A stretch of 63,986 nt of DNA, counting the filler, from Octopus bimaculoides (lineage: Eukaryota), in assembly GCF_001194135.2 (NCBI RefSeq). It is 6 parts of 4 records of this genome, joined end to end, with 100 filler letters (N's around TTAATTAATTAA, not from the genome) between each part and the next. Parts side by side here need not be neighbours in the genome. Positions count along the whole stretch, not along the records: positions 46,344 to 62,489 come from NC_068981.1; positions 62,590 to 63,986 come from NW_026361526.1; 4 more parts are not named here. The stretch is one strand, 5' to 3'. The notes beneath the pieces are model-generated. The model saw nothing but the letters and a program-made list of their open reading frames with translations, was not told the origin of the DNA and searched no databases. Position 1 is the first letter of the stretch, and each line of letters opens with the position of its first letter. Below are positions 48,857 to 62,616 of the stretch, in pieces. Both the position numbers and the translations under genes were made by a program.

Positions 48857-51701
48857 GCGTTTTATTCTTTACCCTATATGTATGAACACATATCAAAGAA
48901 TGAACGGGAGGAAGAAAGCGTAAATGGGCGTGTGAGAAACAAAGGGCGAACGTGAGATATTGGTACTAAATTGAGTAACTGGAAAACTATTTTCTTATAT
49001 AGAACACATGCATATACCAATTTACAGCTGAGTTTGTTTCAAACACAGTACGTATGAACACACACAGACACACACACACACACATACACACATACATACA
49101 CACAAACACACAGACACACACACACACATACACAGACACAGACACACGCACACACATGCATAAGATGTTTTCGATACAGAAGAGATTCATGTACAATTTC
49201 TTTGAGTCATTATCAGAAATACCATCGACAATTCCACTGACATTGATGCTAGATAAGATAATGTGAAACCATTTATATAAATTCCCATAGATACTTTCAA
49301 GCACGTTCAGGTTTCATTTGTGGTCCTTTAATACTCAACTACTAATCTTAAACTCTTCGATGCATCATTTGTTTAATGTAAGATATGATAGTAGAACTTG
49401 ATATTTAGGATAGTTGCCAGCTATACGCCTATCATTGAGAAAGTATTTAAATTAAAATGGTGGCCTCCAGAATATGAAAAATATTCGTTGTATGACATTT
49501 TTGAAATTCACTTCATATATCAATTTAGAATAAATCTTATCTGATATTGATTTCTATATGATCTATCTACTATGATGGCATATCCCCACCGCGCCACAAA
49601 AAATCACAATACCAACCGGATCCTGCTTATAAAATTGGGCCGTCCATAAACTTGAATGCAGTAAACAAATTGTTTCTTGTATATGCGTTGCTGAAATTAA
49701 TGTGCATATTATATGCCCACGCGTCTTTTATGCCAAAAAATATGGTACTTAATATGTACCTCTTAAAAAGAGCAAATGAAGGAACCTATTCGAGAGACTT
49801 GACACATAAATAACAGAACAAATGGTTCAAATCACATCTTACTGTCTCATTATTACCATCAAAGAACACATGCGATAATACAATTGTAGATATTTTCTAC
49901 GTTTGAATTAAGGAAGAGCTGGTGAAACCGGTATGCTTTTAGTAGTAATTACTTTGATAGAACAATCGATCTAAGATCACGACTAATCAAGGATGTAAAT
50001 AAGAACAACAAAAATATATAACATTTCATGAGGGAAATATGAGCTCCATATCCTGTAAAATTAATGGTTTTATTCAGAAGTGAAGAGCATACGCACAGTT
50101 ACTGTACACTATTGCTACATAATATATCATAACATGCTTTATTCAAGTGTTGAATAAGATCAGGTATTCTATATTTTAAAGTCTTTTTTTCGCTTTATGT
50201 TTAAAGGTTTTTAAAAAAATATTTCCCTGTCATGGAATAGATCCTTCTCGCAGCTAATTGTTGCATGAGCCCTTATTTGGTATCTTCTAGATATGGAAAC
50301 ATGGAAAGAGGCATTTGTTTTGTTAGCGATTTCTAAAAGTTTGCTTCAACAATACGGAAGATAATGAACAAGTTATTACTTTTTATAATGGTATTTTTTA
50401 AAATATAATTTACTTTATTCGATACTGGATAGTTTGAAATCCATCGGAAGCTTTTAAATACGCTTTTATTTCTTTCTATTGTCGCTAAATATACTTTCTT
50501 AATAGCAGGCTTTGTGTATGGAATTCGACATTTTCTCACTATCTTTCTTTTGCATGTTTTCATTCCAATATAACCACCCCGAATTGTATATATTCAACCC
50601 ATAGTTTATTATTAGAATAGTTAGAAACTTGATTCCTATTATATTCGTGTGTGTTTTTTTCTATCCAGTTTTAAATATTCGGCTAATAATATTCTTTATT
50701 AACCGATTCTTCAAATCTGGGATTGTTATATTCTCTCTATTGATTCACAACTATTTCTAAAGCTATTTTATGCCTAATTATTTGTCAGTACCCAGAAATA
50801 TAACATACCTTAATTTTTGCACGTTTTTCTCTATTCAAGGTCACCTTAGCAATTTGAATCCATGTTGTGGTGTAATCCCTTTGGAAAACATATTTATCAG
50901 TAATAACATAACTACGTCTTCACCATGTTTAACAAACTACTTCAAGTTATTTATAAGAAATGAATTGTTACTCCTTTCGAAGTACTACCGTTCTATCAAG
51001 GTTAATATATTGATTAAGGAAATTAGCACTCTAATAAAGAACGATGTTGAAAGAAACATCTTGGGAATAAGGCTGGTTTAATGCTAATTTAGGTTTCGTG
51101 TTTGCTCTAAATCTGTACAAATCGTTCGTAAATATACAAAGTATTTTCATTGTTGATAATGTTTTGGTAATTAATTCGCGATATTCTTATATTGGTTTGC
51201 AAAGATCGTAGTGGAAGTGTTATAAACTTTTGTAGACGGAGAAGTTATTGATTTGTCAACACCTTCTTTAACACCTTGTGTATTTCGATTTCCCTTTGGC
51301 GAGAGATTTCAATATTATATGTCGATCTTTCATTACGACCAATTCATTATAAACAAATTATTCATAATTATGGTCTCCGTACATTAGAAAAGCAGTCAGT
51401 TCTCAAACTGACAATACTGGACATGCACCACACCGCATTATTAGTGCAATATTCTCTCACCCCACCATCTTTACTAATGAGAAGACAGAATTCTATTTGC
51501 ATCCTCATAATTCTTTCTTTGTCATGGTGTTGAGCAAGTTTATAAAGGTGGAAAGCATCGTAATTTCATTAAATATGAAAAATTCGTCCATCCATTTTCA
51601 AATCTTACGGCTTCCCCCTTGAAAGAAACAGCATTAGAAACGATACTACTTCTCGTTGAATATATATGGTTGAATGCATGAAGTGAATAATGATAACTCA
51701 C

Positions 51702-51775
51702 CTCGGAGGAAGTCATCACTTAACACTTCCAAATGCAGCTACCAGGAGAAAAGTTGCATTTGTACCACCATCAAT
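51702..51775 (-). other. Candidate 74-bp exon (non-coding or UTR)
   Basis: Acceptor cctgtgttctttctgcag and donor GAG|gtgagt; stop codons in all three frames. Confidence 0.35.
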
Positions 51776-53004
51776 CTGCAGAAAGAACACAGGCGATTGG
51801 AACACACAACAATGTGTTGATATATATAGATGTTGTATTGTACATGGCATTATACATAAGTTTGTCCGAAACTAAAAGCCTGTGCGTTATTAACATCTCG
51901 TATCATGTAATTTCCATAAAACTAGACAGTACATAAGCGGTATTGGAAAATGTCATGGGTAGAAATCATATTCTTACAGTTCCAAACAGATTCTAAAATT
52001 GCATTCACTTTTCTCAAACTCATCTCCTTTGATAATTAATCGTTACTCTTTTACATTCTCTTCGCTCAATTGCTTACAAGAATCAGTTGTATCCGATTCT
52101 TGTATTAAATTTTCTTCTTTGAAATGCAAATCATTCGTATGAAATTGGTATTATAAACAACAACGTTTGACAGTTGAAGCAAATTGTCTGGTCTAAAGTG
52201 TGTCGGAATTATATAGTTACATTACTGGGCATTATAGAAGATATTTTGAAATTGCACACTATTTGGTACATGACACAGAGACGCCATAGGCATATCAAAG
52301 AATAATTAAATTAAAGTTAGTATATTTAATGCTGTGAACATTGAAAGAAAAGCAAAATAAGTAGACATAATTTTGTGGCGCGGAAAATATAATCAATAGA
52401 AGCCATTCACTAAGATGACTTACATTTTGGCAGATAATTTTCGGTTTGATTATGAATTCATCACTGAAGGTCTTTCCAAAATAGTAATGGCTGTATCACT
52501 TAGTAAATGAACAATATATATATATATANNNNNNNNNNNNNNNNNNNNNNNNNNNNNNNNNNNNNNNNNNNNNNNNNNNNNNNNNNNNNNNNNNNNNNNN
52601 NNNNNNNNNNNNNNNNNNNNNNNNNNNNNNNNNNNNNNNNNNNNNNNNNNNNNNNNNNNNNNNNNNNNNNNNNNNNNNNNNNNNNNNNNNNNNNNNNNNN
52701 NNNNNNNNNNNNNNNNNNNNNNNNNNNNNNNNNNNNNNNNNNNNNNNNNNNNNNNNNNNNNNNNNNNNNNNNNNNNNNNNNNNNNNNNNNNNNNNNNNNN
52801 NNNNNNNNNNNNNNNNNNNNNNNNNNNNNNNNNNNNNNNNNNNNNNNNNNNNNNNNNNNNNNNNNNNNNNNNNNNNNNNNNNNNNNNNNNNNNNNNNNNN
52901 NNNNNNNNNNNNNNNNNNNNNNNNNNNNNNNNNNNNNNNNNNNNNNNNNNNNNNNNNNNNNNNNNNNNNNNNNNNNNNNNNNNNNNNNNNNNNNNNNNNN
53001 NNAT

Positions 53005-53782
53005 ATAGGCGCAGGAGTGGCTGTATGGGAAGTGGTTTGCTACCTAACCACACGATTCCGGGTTCAGTCACACAGTGTGGCACCTTGGGCGAGTGTCTTT
53101 TACTATAGCCTCGGGCCGACCAAAGCCTTCTGAATGGATTTGGTTGCTGCAAGGTGACTGAAGCCTGTCGTATATATGTGCGTGTTTGTGTATTTGTGTG
53201 TCTATATTTATCTCCTCAGTGGAGGCGCAATGGCCCAGTGGCTAGGGCAGCGAACACGCGGTCATAGGATCGCGGTTTCGATTCCCAGACCGGACGTTGT
53301 GAGTGTTTATTGAGCGAAAACACCTAAAGCTCCACGAGGCTCCGGCATGGGATGGTGGTGAACCCTGCTGTATTCTTCCACCACAACTTTCTCTCACTCT
53401 TACTTCCTGTTTCTGTTGTGCCTGTAATTCAAAGGGTCAGCCTTGTCACACTGTCTCACGTTGAATATCCCCGAGAACTACGTTAAGGGTACACGTGTCT
53501 GTGGAGTGCTCAGCCACTTGCACGTTAATTTCACGAGCAGGCTGTTCCGTTGATCGGATCAACTGGAACCTCGATGTCGTTTATCTCCTCAACACCGCCT
53601 GGCAACTGATGCTGGTGTGCTTACGTCACCTTAACTTAGCGGTTCGGCAAAAGATGGCGATAGAATAAGTACTAGGCTTACAAATAATAATATCTAGTGT
53701 TGATTTGTTCGACTAGACTAAAAGGTGGTGCTCCAACATGACCGCAGTCGAATGACTGAAACAAATGAAAGAATGAAAGAAT
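53005..53782 (+). mobile_element. SINE family A interrupted by a full-length family C SINE (53219-53579) with a 12-bp TSD
   Basis: TSD TTTATCTCCTCA at 53207-53218 and 53580-53591. Family C has A box TGGCCCAGTGG and B box GGTTTCGATTCCC. Confidence 0.9.
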
Positions 53783-53889
53783 GAACTTTTGAACTTTTCC
53801 ACTTTTGTAAACCTCCTTTATCATCTTTATTTTTAAAAAGAATTTCTGACTTCCGGTCAGCCATTATTATGATTGACCGTTGACTGGAC

Positions 53890-54070
53890 ACTATTCAATT
53901 TTTTTTCTCCGTGTTTTTCTCCTTGTCTCCGTATTCTTTCTGTTGAAGAGCGTAGCTCGAAACGTCAAAGACTTTCCGTATTCCCGAGCGTCATACTAAT
54001 ACATCGTTTTGTTATTTACACCACCTGTCCTCGTCTGTTGTTGTTTTTTCGTACATTCTCCCAAATATAT
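53890..54070 (+). repeat. Dispersed repeat family G, copy 2, with a hammerhead-like motif at 53935-53971
   Basis: TCTTT CTGTTGA A GAGC GTA GCTC GAAA CG TC AAAGA: 5-bp stem I, 4-bp stem II, ACGU palindromic stem III, GUC triplet. Confidence 0.7.
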
Positions 54071-55019
54071 ATACAATGTGTAAGAGAATAAACGATTAAT
54101 AGGGACGCCATCTACTTGGCTAACTATTTTAAACTTAGTATCTATATATTTAATGCCTGGACCATTTTGAAGTTAATTACAAATAATTAGCTAACTTTCA
54201 CACGTATATTACCTGGTCGTTAATAAAACAATAATAATAATATCTTTTCCGTGTATGAGAAGTTTTGACACAGCCGCTTTTAGGCATCGCTTATCTGGCG
54301 TCGCTGATTCGATGCCGTCTTGTTTGACACCGGATAGTTTAACGTTTGTCTAGTTTCCTTCCTCTTTTCCACCACTTCTCTCTCTCCGTCTCTCTATCTT
54401 CCTATCTCTCCCCCTATCCTTTCTCCCCTCTCTGTTGATGGGTACGAAATTTATTTCTCTCTGTGTAGGAGGAGAGGGAAAGTGCTTATCTGACACGAAT
54501 TCAATTAATAAATTCTAATGTCTTTCTTTTGTCCTTTTTCTCTCACACTTTATCTGCATGAGTATATTTCAGCGAACGCTTGCATCTGTGTGTGTTAATG
54601 TGAGTGCGTTTGCGTTTGTGTGTGTGTATGTGTGTATGTTATGTGTGTGTGCGTGTGCGTGTTTGTGAATATGTTTGCCGCCAGCGCCAAAATGTATTGT
54701 CACTAACATAAGCTGAATGCCCAATCAGCCGTGTCAAATCCTCAGTGACGAAACAGCTGCGCCCATTACCTACCTCTCCTTTACCAAGAAGAACGTAAGA
54801 GAAATAGGAAAATTAAGATTATATTTGATATCAAATAGAAACCACTATCCCAAGGAAGCTACTGTGGATTTTCCTCTGTAAATAATCAACGAAAAGCATT
54901 TCCATACTTGGATTCGTGTGTTGCGGCAGAGATGTGAAACTGTAGTCTTAACTTTTCTTGTAAAACTTGTGTGATAATTTATTTATTAATCTGTTTATAT
55001 ATATATAGTTCAAATTTAT

Positions 55020-55160
55020 AGAAAAACAACAAAGACCAAAACAGGTGTAGGAACAGCAAGCAAGTGTATTAGTTTGACGCCCGGGTAAAATGGATGTCTA
55101 TTGCGTTTCGAGCCCAGGTTCTTAGACAGAAAGGAATAAGAGGAAATAAATAGAGAATGA
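55020..55160 (-). repeat. Dispersed repeat family G, copy 3 (more decayed)
   Basis: Minus strand TTCCTTTCTGTCTAAGAACCTGGGCTCGAAACGCAATAGAC...CCCGGGCGTCAAACTAATACA aligns to copies 1 and 2. Confidence 0.65.
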
Positions 55161-55341
55161 AAAAAGCCTGTTGAATTCAATTGTCCAACATGGCGATGAT
55201 TAAACAAAAGGAAGTTGAATGAGTTTGAATGAAGGGGAAATAATTCATGGTGATCCCAACAAGAGGAGGTGCACAAGCGCGTGTGTGTGCATGTGAGAAT
55301 GGTGTGAGTGTGTATGTGTGAATGGTGGTGAATGAGTTTGA

Positions 55342-55372
<31 letters not shown>

Positions 55373-55496
55373 GTGTGTGTGTTGTGTGTAGCAGTTGATG
55401 TGTGCTTTCACCCGTAGTGTATGCCACTATGAGCAAATAATCTTTTCTACGTACAATGCCCGAAAATTGGGGGCAGGGGACGTATTTTTGTAAGAC

Positions 55497-56101
<605 letters not shown>

Positions 56102-57699
56102 TNNNNNNNNNNNNNNNNNNNNNNNNNNNNNNNNNNNNNNNNNNNNNNNNNNNNNNNNNNNNNNNNNNNNNNNNNNNNNNNNNNNNNNNNNNNNNNNNNN
56201 NNNNNNNNNNNNNNNNNNNNNNNNNNNNNNNNNNNNNNNNNNNNNNNNNNNNNNNNNNNNNNNNNNNNNNNNNNNNNNNNNNNNNNNNNNNNNNNNNNNN
56301 NNNNNNNNNNNNNNNNNNNNNNNNNNNNNNNNNNNNNNNNNNNNNNNNNNNNNNNNNNNNNNNNNNNNNNNNNNNNNNNNNNNNNNNNNNNNNNNNNNNN
56401 NNNNNNNNNNNNNNNNNNNNNNNNNNNNNNNNNNNNNNNNNNNNNNNNNNNNNNNNNNNNNNNNNNNNNNNNNNNNNNNNNNNNNNNNNNNNNNNNNNNN
56501 NNNNNNNNNNNNNNNNNNNNNNNNNNNNNNNNNNNNNNNNNNNNNNNNNNNNNNNNATGTATATACTTATATATATATATGTATATATATGTATATACTT
56601 ATATATATATGTATATATATATATATATGTATATATGTATATATGTATATATATATATATATGTTTATATATACATGTGTGTGTGTATGTATGTATATTT
56701 GTAAGCTTGTATGTATTTAAACAAAAGTTTCCGAAAAATTCTCTTGATACAGCCATAATATTTGTAAAAGTAAATGACGAATTTAAAAAAAAAAAGAGAT
56801 TAAAAACCAGGCATTATATAAAAAACATTTTAAAAACCAAATTAGCACAGAAAACTATTTTTTCAAGAGTTTTGTTTTAATATACTTTCATTAAAAATGT
56901 TTATATACCCACTGATTTTTTTTAACTTGACAACATTTTTTATTTTCTCTATCATGTATGTCTGACTGAGTGTGTGTGCATGTGCGTAGGAGCATACACG
57001 TGCGCGTGCAAGCGTGCGGATATTTGAATTATTTGTTTAGACATGGTAACGGAGATCTGATGAGCTAGCTTTCTTTATTTATATTACTTTGAAAATATAG
57101 AAAACTACACGCACAGTAGTGTACATACTTAGCAATTGATGCGAATGTGTATGCGCAATGTCTTTTACATTGAAATTAACATCATAAGATGAATATTGCA
57201 GAATGGCCCTATGGAAGTCACGTGGTTAAATAAATATATTCCCCTCTAATACCTCCTGATGCATATAATTATAAATATATACATATATATATATNNNNNN
57301 NNNNNNNNNNNNNNNNNNNNNNNNNNNNNNNNNNNNNNNNNNNNNNNNNNNNNNNNNNNNNNNNNNNNNNNNNNNNNNNNNNNNNNNNNNNNNNNNNNNN
57401 NNNNNNNNNNNNNNNNNNNNNNNNNNNNNNNNNNNNNNNNNNNNNNNNNNNNNNNNNNNNNNNNNNNNNNNNNNNNNNNNNNNNNNNNNNNNNNNNNNNN
57501 NNNNNNNNNNNNNNNNNNNNNNNNNNNNNNNNNNNNNNNAACCTAAGGTGAGGCACCTTGCTAGTTAGGTATAGTCTGCATACTTCCCAAAAATTATTTG
57601 AATTTTAATTATCAAGACACCATGTAAGGTTATTTGTGCCGAATATTCCTCTCGTGTGTGCAGACACCGCAACTCACCTAAGTGAATATATCCGCTCTT

Positions 57700-58056
57700 G
57701 TTAATTCAGGTATTGTTGGCACTCCGTCGCTCACGACGTCGAGGTTCCAGTTGATCCGATCAACGGAACAGCCTGCTCGTGAAATTAACGTGCAAGTGGC
57801 TGAGCACTCTACAGACACGTGTACAGTGTGACAAAGCTGGCCCTTTGAATTACAGGCACAGCAGAAACAGGAAGTAATAGTGTGAGAAAGTTGTGGTGAA
57901 AGAATACAGCAGGGTTCGCCACCATCTTCCGCCGGAGCCACGTGGAGCTTTAGGTGTTTTCGCTCAATAAACACTCACAACGCCCGGTCTGGGAATCGAA
58001 ACCGCAATACTATGACCGCGAGATCGCTGCCCTAACCACTGGGTCATTGGGCCTCC
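57700..58056 (-). mobile_element. SINE family C, full length
   Basis: Reverse complement of 53219-53579. Confidence 0.88.
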
Positions 58057-58147
58057 ACAATTTAGATATAACACAATATAAATAAGTAACAAAGACGTAT
58101 CGGTGCCAAATTCATGAATTGATATCCGTGCATCTTTGTTACTGATA

Positions 58148-59150
58148 TATAAAGGGTTTGGACAAAATAAAGGAAAACCTAGCATCAAAGCATCATGATT
58201 TTGAAATATCTATAAAACCGTCAAAAACTTGTTTATTTTTATGTTTTTTTTTTATTATTAGTGTTCCTAAATATGCTTTGCTAAAATTGCTCTTTCTTTT
58301 CAGATGTCATCAGAAAAAGGCAATTAAAATTCATTAACATGAAAGATCTATCGGAGTTTCAAAGATGTCAAATTGTTGGTGCACGTATGGCAGACCCTAG
58401 CGTAACGAAAGCGGTCGAAATGTTTGGTGGATGAACAAGTACTGTCTCAAAAAGAACGGCAACCTTTGAGAAAGAGAGAAGAACCTCTCCGTTGAAACAA
58501 AACTACAGAAGAAAACCAAAACTTTCAGATACAGACCGTCGGGTTCTTATGCGAATTGTTAGAAAGGATCACAAAAGTATAGATACCAAAATTACTGCAG
58601 AACTTAATGACCACCTCGAGAACTCAGTTTCCACAAAAACTGTTCCCTAGGAGCTGTACAAACTGGATTTCACGGGAGGCAGCAATCAGAAAGTCACCAC
58701 TTTCAAAAACAAACGTTGCAAAGCGTTTAGTGTGGAGTAAAAACCTACAGAATTAGTCCTTAGAGCAGTGGAAGAATGTTATTTTCTCAGCCGCGTCATC
58801 CTTTACCTTATTTCCGACCATCGGACGAGCATACGTGTGGAAACAGCCGAAAGAAGCATTTGACCCAGGCTGCTTTCTTCCAGCTGTTAAACACGGAGGA
58901 GGATCTGTGATGATCTAGGGGGCTATATCATGGAAATCCGCCAGCTCAATGGTCTCCCTTCATGGCAGAATTGATAGTGAAGACTAAGCATTTTATGTGA
59001 TCAAATTCATCCTATGGTTCCGGAACTCTTTCCGGAGAGAAACGCAAACTTTCGGGATGATAATGCATCAATTCACACAACTAAAGTTGTTATTGAATGG
59101 CACGAGAAATATTCTAGTGAACTTGAACATCTTATCTAGCCACTCAGACT
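58148..59150 (+). mobile_element. Tc1-family DNA transposon fossil (transposase pseudogene from 58339, 3'-truncated)
   Basis: MKDLSEFQRCQIVGARMA...GFHGRAAIRK...EQWKNVIFSAASSF (first D lost)...VKHGGGSVMI*GAIS...FRDDNASIHT...EHLI*P. Several stops and frameshifts; ends before the SPDLNxIE motif. Confidence 0.92.
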
Positions 59151-59480
59151 AGCATGAAACGCAAACTTACGCACCCACACTTACGTCAAATAGATGCACA
59201 TATATATGCTACCATGCACGTACACGTATAGAAATGCACAGACGCGTGCACACACACACACACATACACGTGCACATACCCATACACGCACAGTTATATT
59301 CAAATATACACACACACCCACCCACACACGCAAATGTACGTAGCCATATGCGCATAGTTATATTCAAATGCACGTCTAAAAAACATACATGCTATATCAG
59401 CAAGTGCATATGCATATATAACGTGTATGCGTTTAAATATATGCATGCACGTATGTATACATATACATACATTTATGTAT

Positions 59481-59928
59481 ACTCTTTACTCTTTTACTCT
59501 TTTACTTGCTTCAGTCATTTTGACTGTGGCCATGCTGGAGCACCGCCTTTTAGTGGAACAAACCGACCCCAGGACTTATTCTTTGTAAGCCTAGTACTTA
59601 TTCTATCGGTCTGTTTTTGCTGAACCATTAAGTTACGGGGACGTAAAGACACCACCATCGATTGTCAAGCGATGTTGGGGGGACAAACACAAACACAGAC
59701 ACACACACACATACACACACACACACACACACATACACACACACACACACACACACAGACATATACGGAGGGCTTCTTTCAGTTTCAGTCTACCAAATCC
59801 ACCCACAAAGCTATTGTCGGCCCGAGGCTATAGGAGAAGACACTTGCCCAAGGTGCCACGCAGTGGGACTGAACCCAGAGCCATGTGGTTGGTTAGCAAG
59901 CTACTTACCACACAGCCACTCCTACGCC
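59481..59928 (-). mobile_element. SINE family A, full length
   Basis: Reverse complement of 716-1137, including the tail. Confidence 0.9.
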
Positions 59929-61020
59929 TATGTGTATATAATGTATACGTATATGTCTATGTAAGTACGTAATTAAAAATATATGAGTTTGTACGTATAC
60001 ATGTATAGATACATATTACTAGTATGTTTCTGTCTTAGTGGTTAAGGCTGTTGTCTGGTCAAAAAAGATGTATTACTGCCATTCGATAACCAGAACGATA
60101 GTAAAAAAAGAGATGGAAACGGAGGTAGGGACCATACAGGGGGGAAAAGGAAGCAGAGAGAAGAATGATAAATAAGAGTAACCCAATTTTACTTCAAATA
60201 GAAAGTATAGTGGAAGGTAAATGTTTCAACAACGTAATTGAAGGTGGTTTGGGCGGTTGGCGGTTTATCAACAAATTCTCAGTAACCCTGAGGAATAAAT
60301 TTCCGAACGAAAATTCCAAAACCAACCAAGGTAAATGACAGAGCTAATTAATTCCATACACGACGCTTCACTCACGCACAGCGCCGGAAGTACAGCTGTA
60401 GAGAGATAGTGCAATATGNNNNNNNNNNNNNNNNNNNNNNNNNNNNNNNNNNNNNNNNNNNNNNNNNNNNNNNNNNNNNNNNNNNNNNNNNNNNNNNNNN
60501 NNNNNNNNNNNNNNNNNNNNNNNNNNNNNNNNNNNNNNNNNNNNNNNNNNNNNNNNNNNNNNNNNNNNNNNNNNNNNNNNNNNNNNNNNNNNNNNNNNNN
60601 NNNNNNNNNNNNNNNNNNNNNNNNNNNNNNNNNNNNNNNNNNNNNNNNNNNNNNNNNNNNNNNNNNNNNNNNNNNNNNNNNNNNNNNNNNNNNNNNNNNN
60701 NNNNNNNNNNNNNNNNNNNNNNNNNNNNNNNNNNNNNNNNNNNNNNNNNNNNNNNNNNNNNNNNNNNNNNNNNNNNNNNNNNNNNNNNNNNNNNNNNNNN
60801 NNNNNNNNNNNNNNNNNNNNNNNNNNNNNNNNNNNNNNNNNNNNNNNNNNNNNNNNNNNNNNNNNNNNNNNNNNNNNNNNNNNNNNNNNNNNNNNNNNNN
60901 NNNNNNNNNNNNNNNNNNNNNNNNNNNNNNNNNNNNNNNNNNNNNNNNNNNNNNNNNNNNNNNNNNNNNNNNNNNNNNNNNNNNNNNNNNNNNNNNNTAT
61001 ATATATAGTGTGTGTGTGTG

Positions 61021-61140
61021 TGGAGGCACAGGGCCTAGTAGTTTAAGTAGCAGACAAGCGGTCGAGGGATCGCGTGTCCGAATCTGAGACCGGGTGATGT
61101 GTGTGTTTATGAGCGAAACACCTAAGCTCCACGTGGCTCA
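61021..61140 (+). mobile_element. Family C SINE head fragment
   Basis: GAGCGAAACACCTAAGCTCCACG is shared with 53280-53340. Confidence 0.65.
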
Positions 61141-61618
61141 ACAAAAGTTCGTGCTATTCCTCAAGGGAATTAGTCTAATAGATAGGATGCTTTTATGTTA
61201 CAGTGAGCTGTCACGTTCACTCGATAGGGAAGGTACAAACGACTCTACCATCGAAAAAGCGTGTTTCTCAACGCGACATTACTCGCTCATATATCGCTTA
61301 TTTGAGCAAAACTGCTATCCAAGAGCTCGGTTGAGAAGTCCTACAGTTCGTGCTCGATCCTCTTGACATAGCGCTCGCATTCAGATTAACACTATTTTCG
61401 TTCTTTTTTAAAACCTCAGTGTGGCGTTTCCTTCAGCAAAAACGTAGAGCTGCAAAGGTCGCTCGATGAATTCTTCGCTTCGAAACACGGTTCACAAGCT
61501 AGGGTAACCTTGGTTAGAAGTCGTAAACAGTGAAGGAGAGTATATCATTAATTTCTTTGTATTGAAGATGAAGTGTATGTGGGGAATGGGGTGAGAATGA
61601 GAGTGTGAATTTTATATA

Positions 61619-61679
<61 letters not shown>

Positions 61680-62260
61680 CCATCCGCCTTTGCCCCTCTC
61701 TCTATATATATTTCGGTTTTGTATTTGGTTTGCAAGATTCTTTATGTGAATTCGTGTGTTGAAACATATTCTTTTGTGTCCGGGGAGAGTCATTCTCTTT
61801 TAGTGCCTTATTAATTTAACACACTTACCGGTCTTACTTATTTTTTTTTACTAAAATTTTCGTTGCATCTTGCAACCTTTTCAACAGTCGTTGGCTTTTT
61901 CCGTTATCGGAACTGCTTTGTTTTTTGTGCGCATGCGTGTTCGTCAGTTGCGTGCGCATTCACATACTTATATATGCATGTATGTATGCATGTGGGTGCA
62001 TGCACACATACACATACATACATACATATGTGTATGCACACGTACACTGAGGCACACGCATGCGCACAGAAAATAGAACACAGGTACGATAACGAACAAA
62101 GTTAATGACTATTAAGAACGTTACGAGACGCAACGAAATATTAGTAAAAATAAATAAATAAATGAATTGAAATCAGACCGGTGAGTGTGTTCAATTAATA
62201 AGACCCTAAAAGAGAATGAGTCTCCTCAGACAATAATATGTATATATGTATGTATATATG

Positions 62261-62294
<34 letters not shown>

Positions 62295-62447
62295 TGTATA
62301 GATAGATAGATAGATAGATAGATAGACAGATAGATCTAGAGATAAATAGAAATATAGGCTGATAGAGAGAGAGAGAAAGGCATCATAGAGTGATTGATGG
62401 AGAGAGAAATGAACACAGATACAAACATATATATTGCCTATATATCG

Positions 62448-62489
<42 letters not shown>

Positions 62490-62589
62490 NNNNNNNNNNN
62501 NNNNNNNNNNNNNNNNNNNNNNNNNNNNNNNNNTTAATTAATTAANNNNNNNNNNNNNNNNNNNNNNNNNNNNNNNNNNNNNNNNNNNN
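62490..62589. other. Artificial spacer N44-TTAATTAATTAA-N44
   Basis: Direct reading. Confidence 0.97.
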
Positions 62590-62616
62590 ATAATAATAAT
62601 AATAATAATAATAATA

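Noticed and set aside
50300-51650. Faint MULE-transposase-like words (VITDK, NWI, SNNKL) on the minus strand
   Set aside because: Motif spacing is inconsistent and there are too many stops to support a call without a search.
54690-54790. Cluster of CCAAT, TGACG and CAGCTG motifs suggesting a promoter or enhancer
   Set aside because: Short motifs are expected by chance, and no linked transcription start or exon could be identified.
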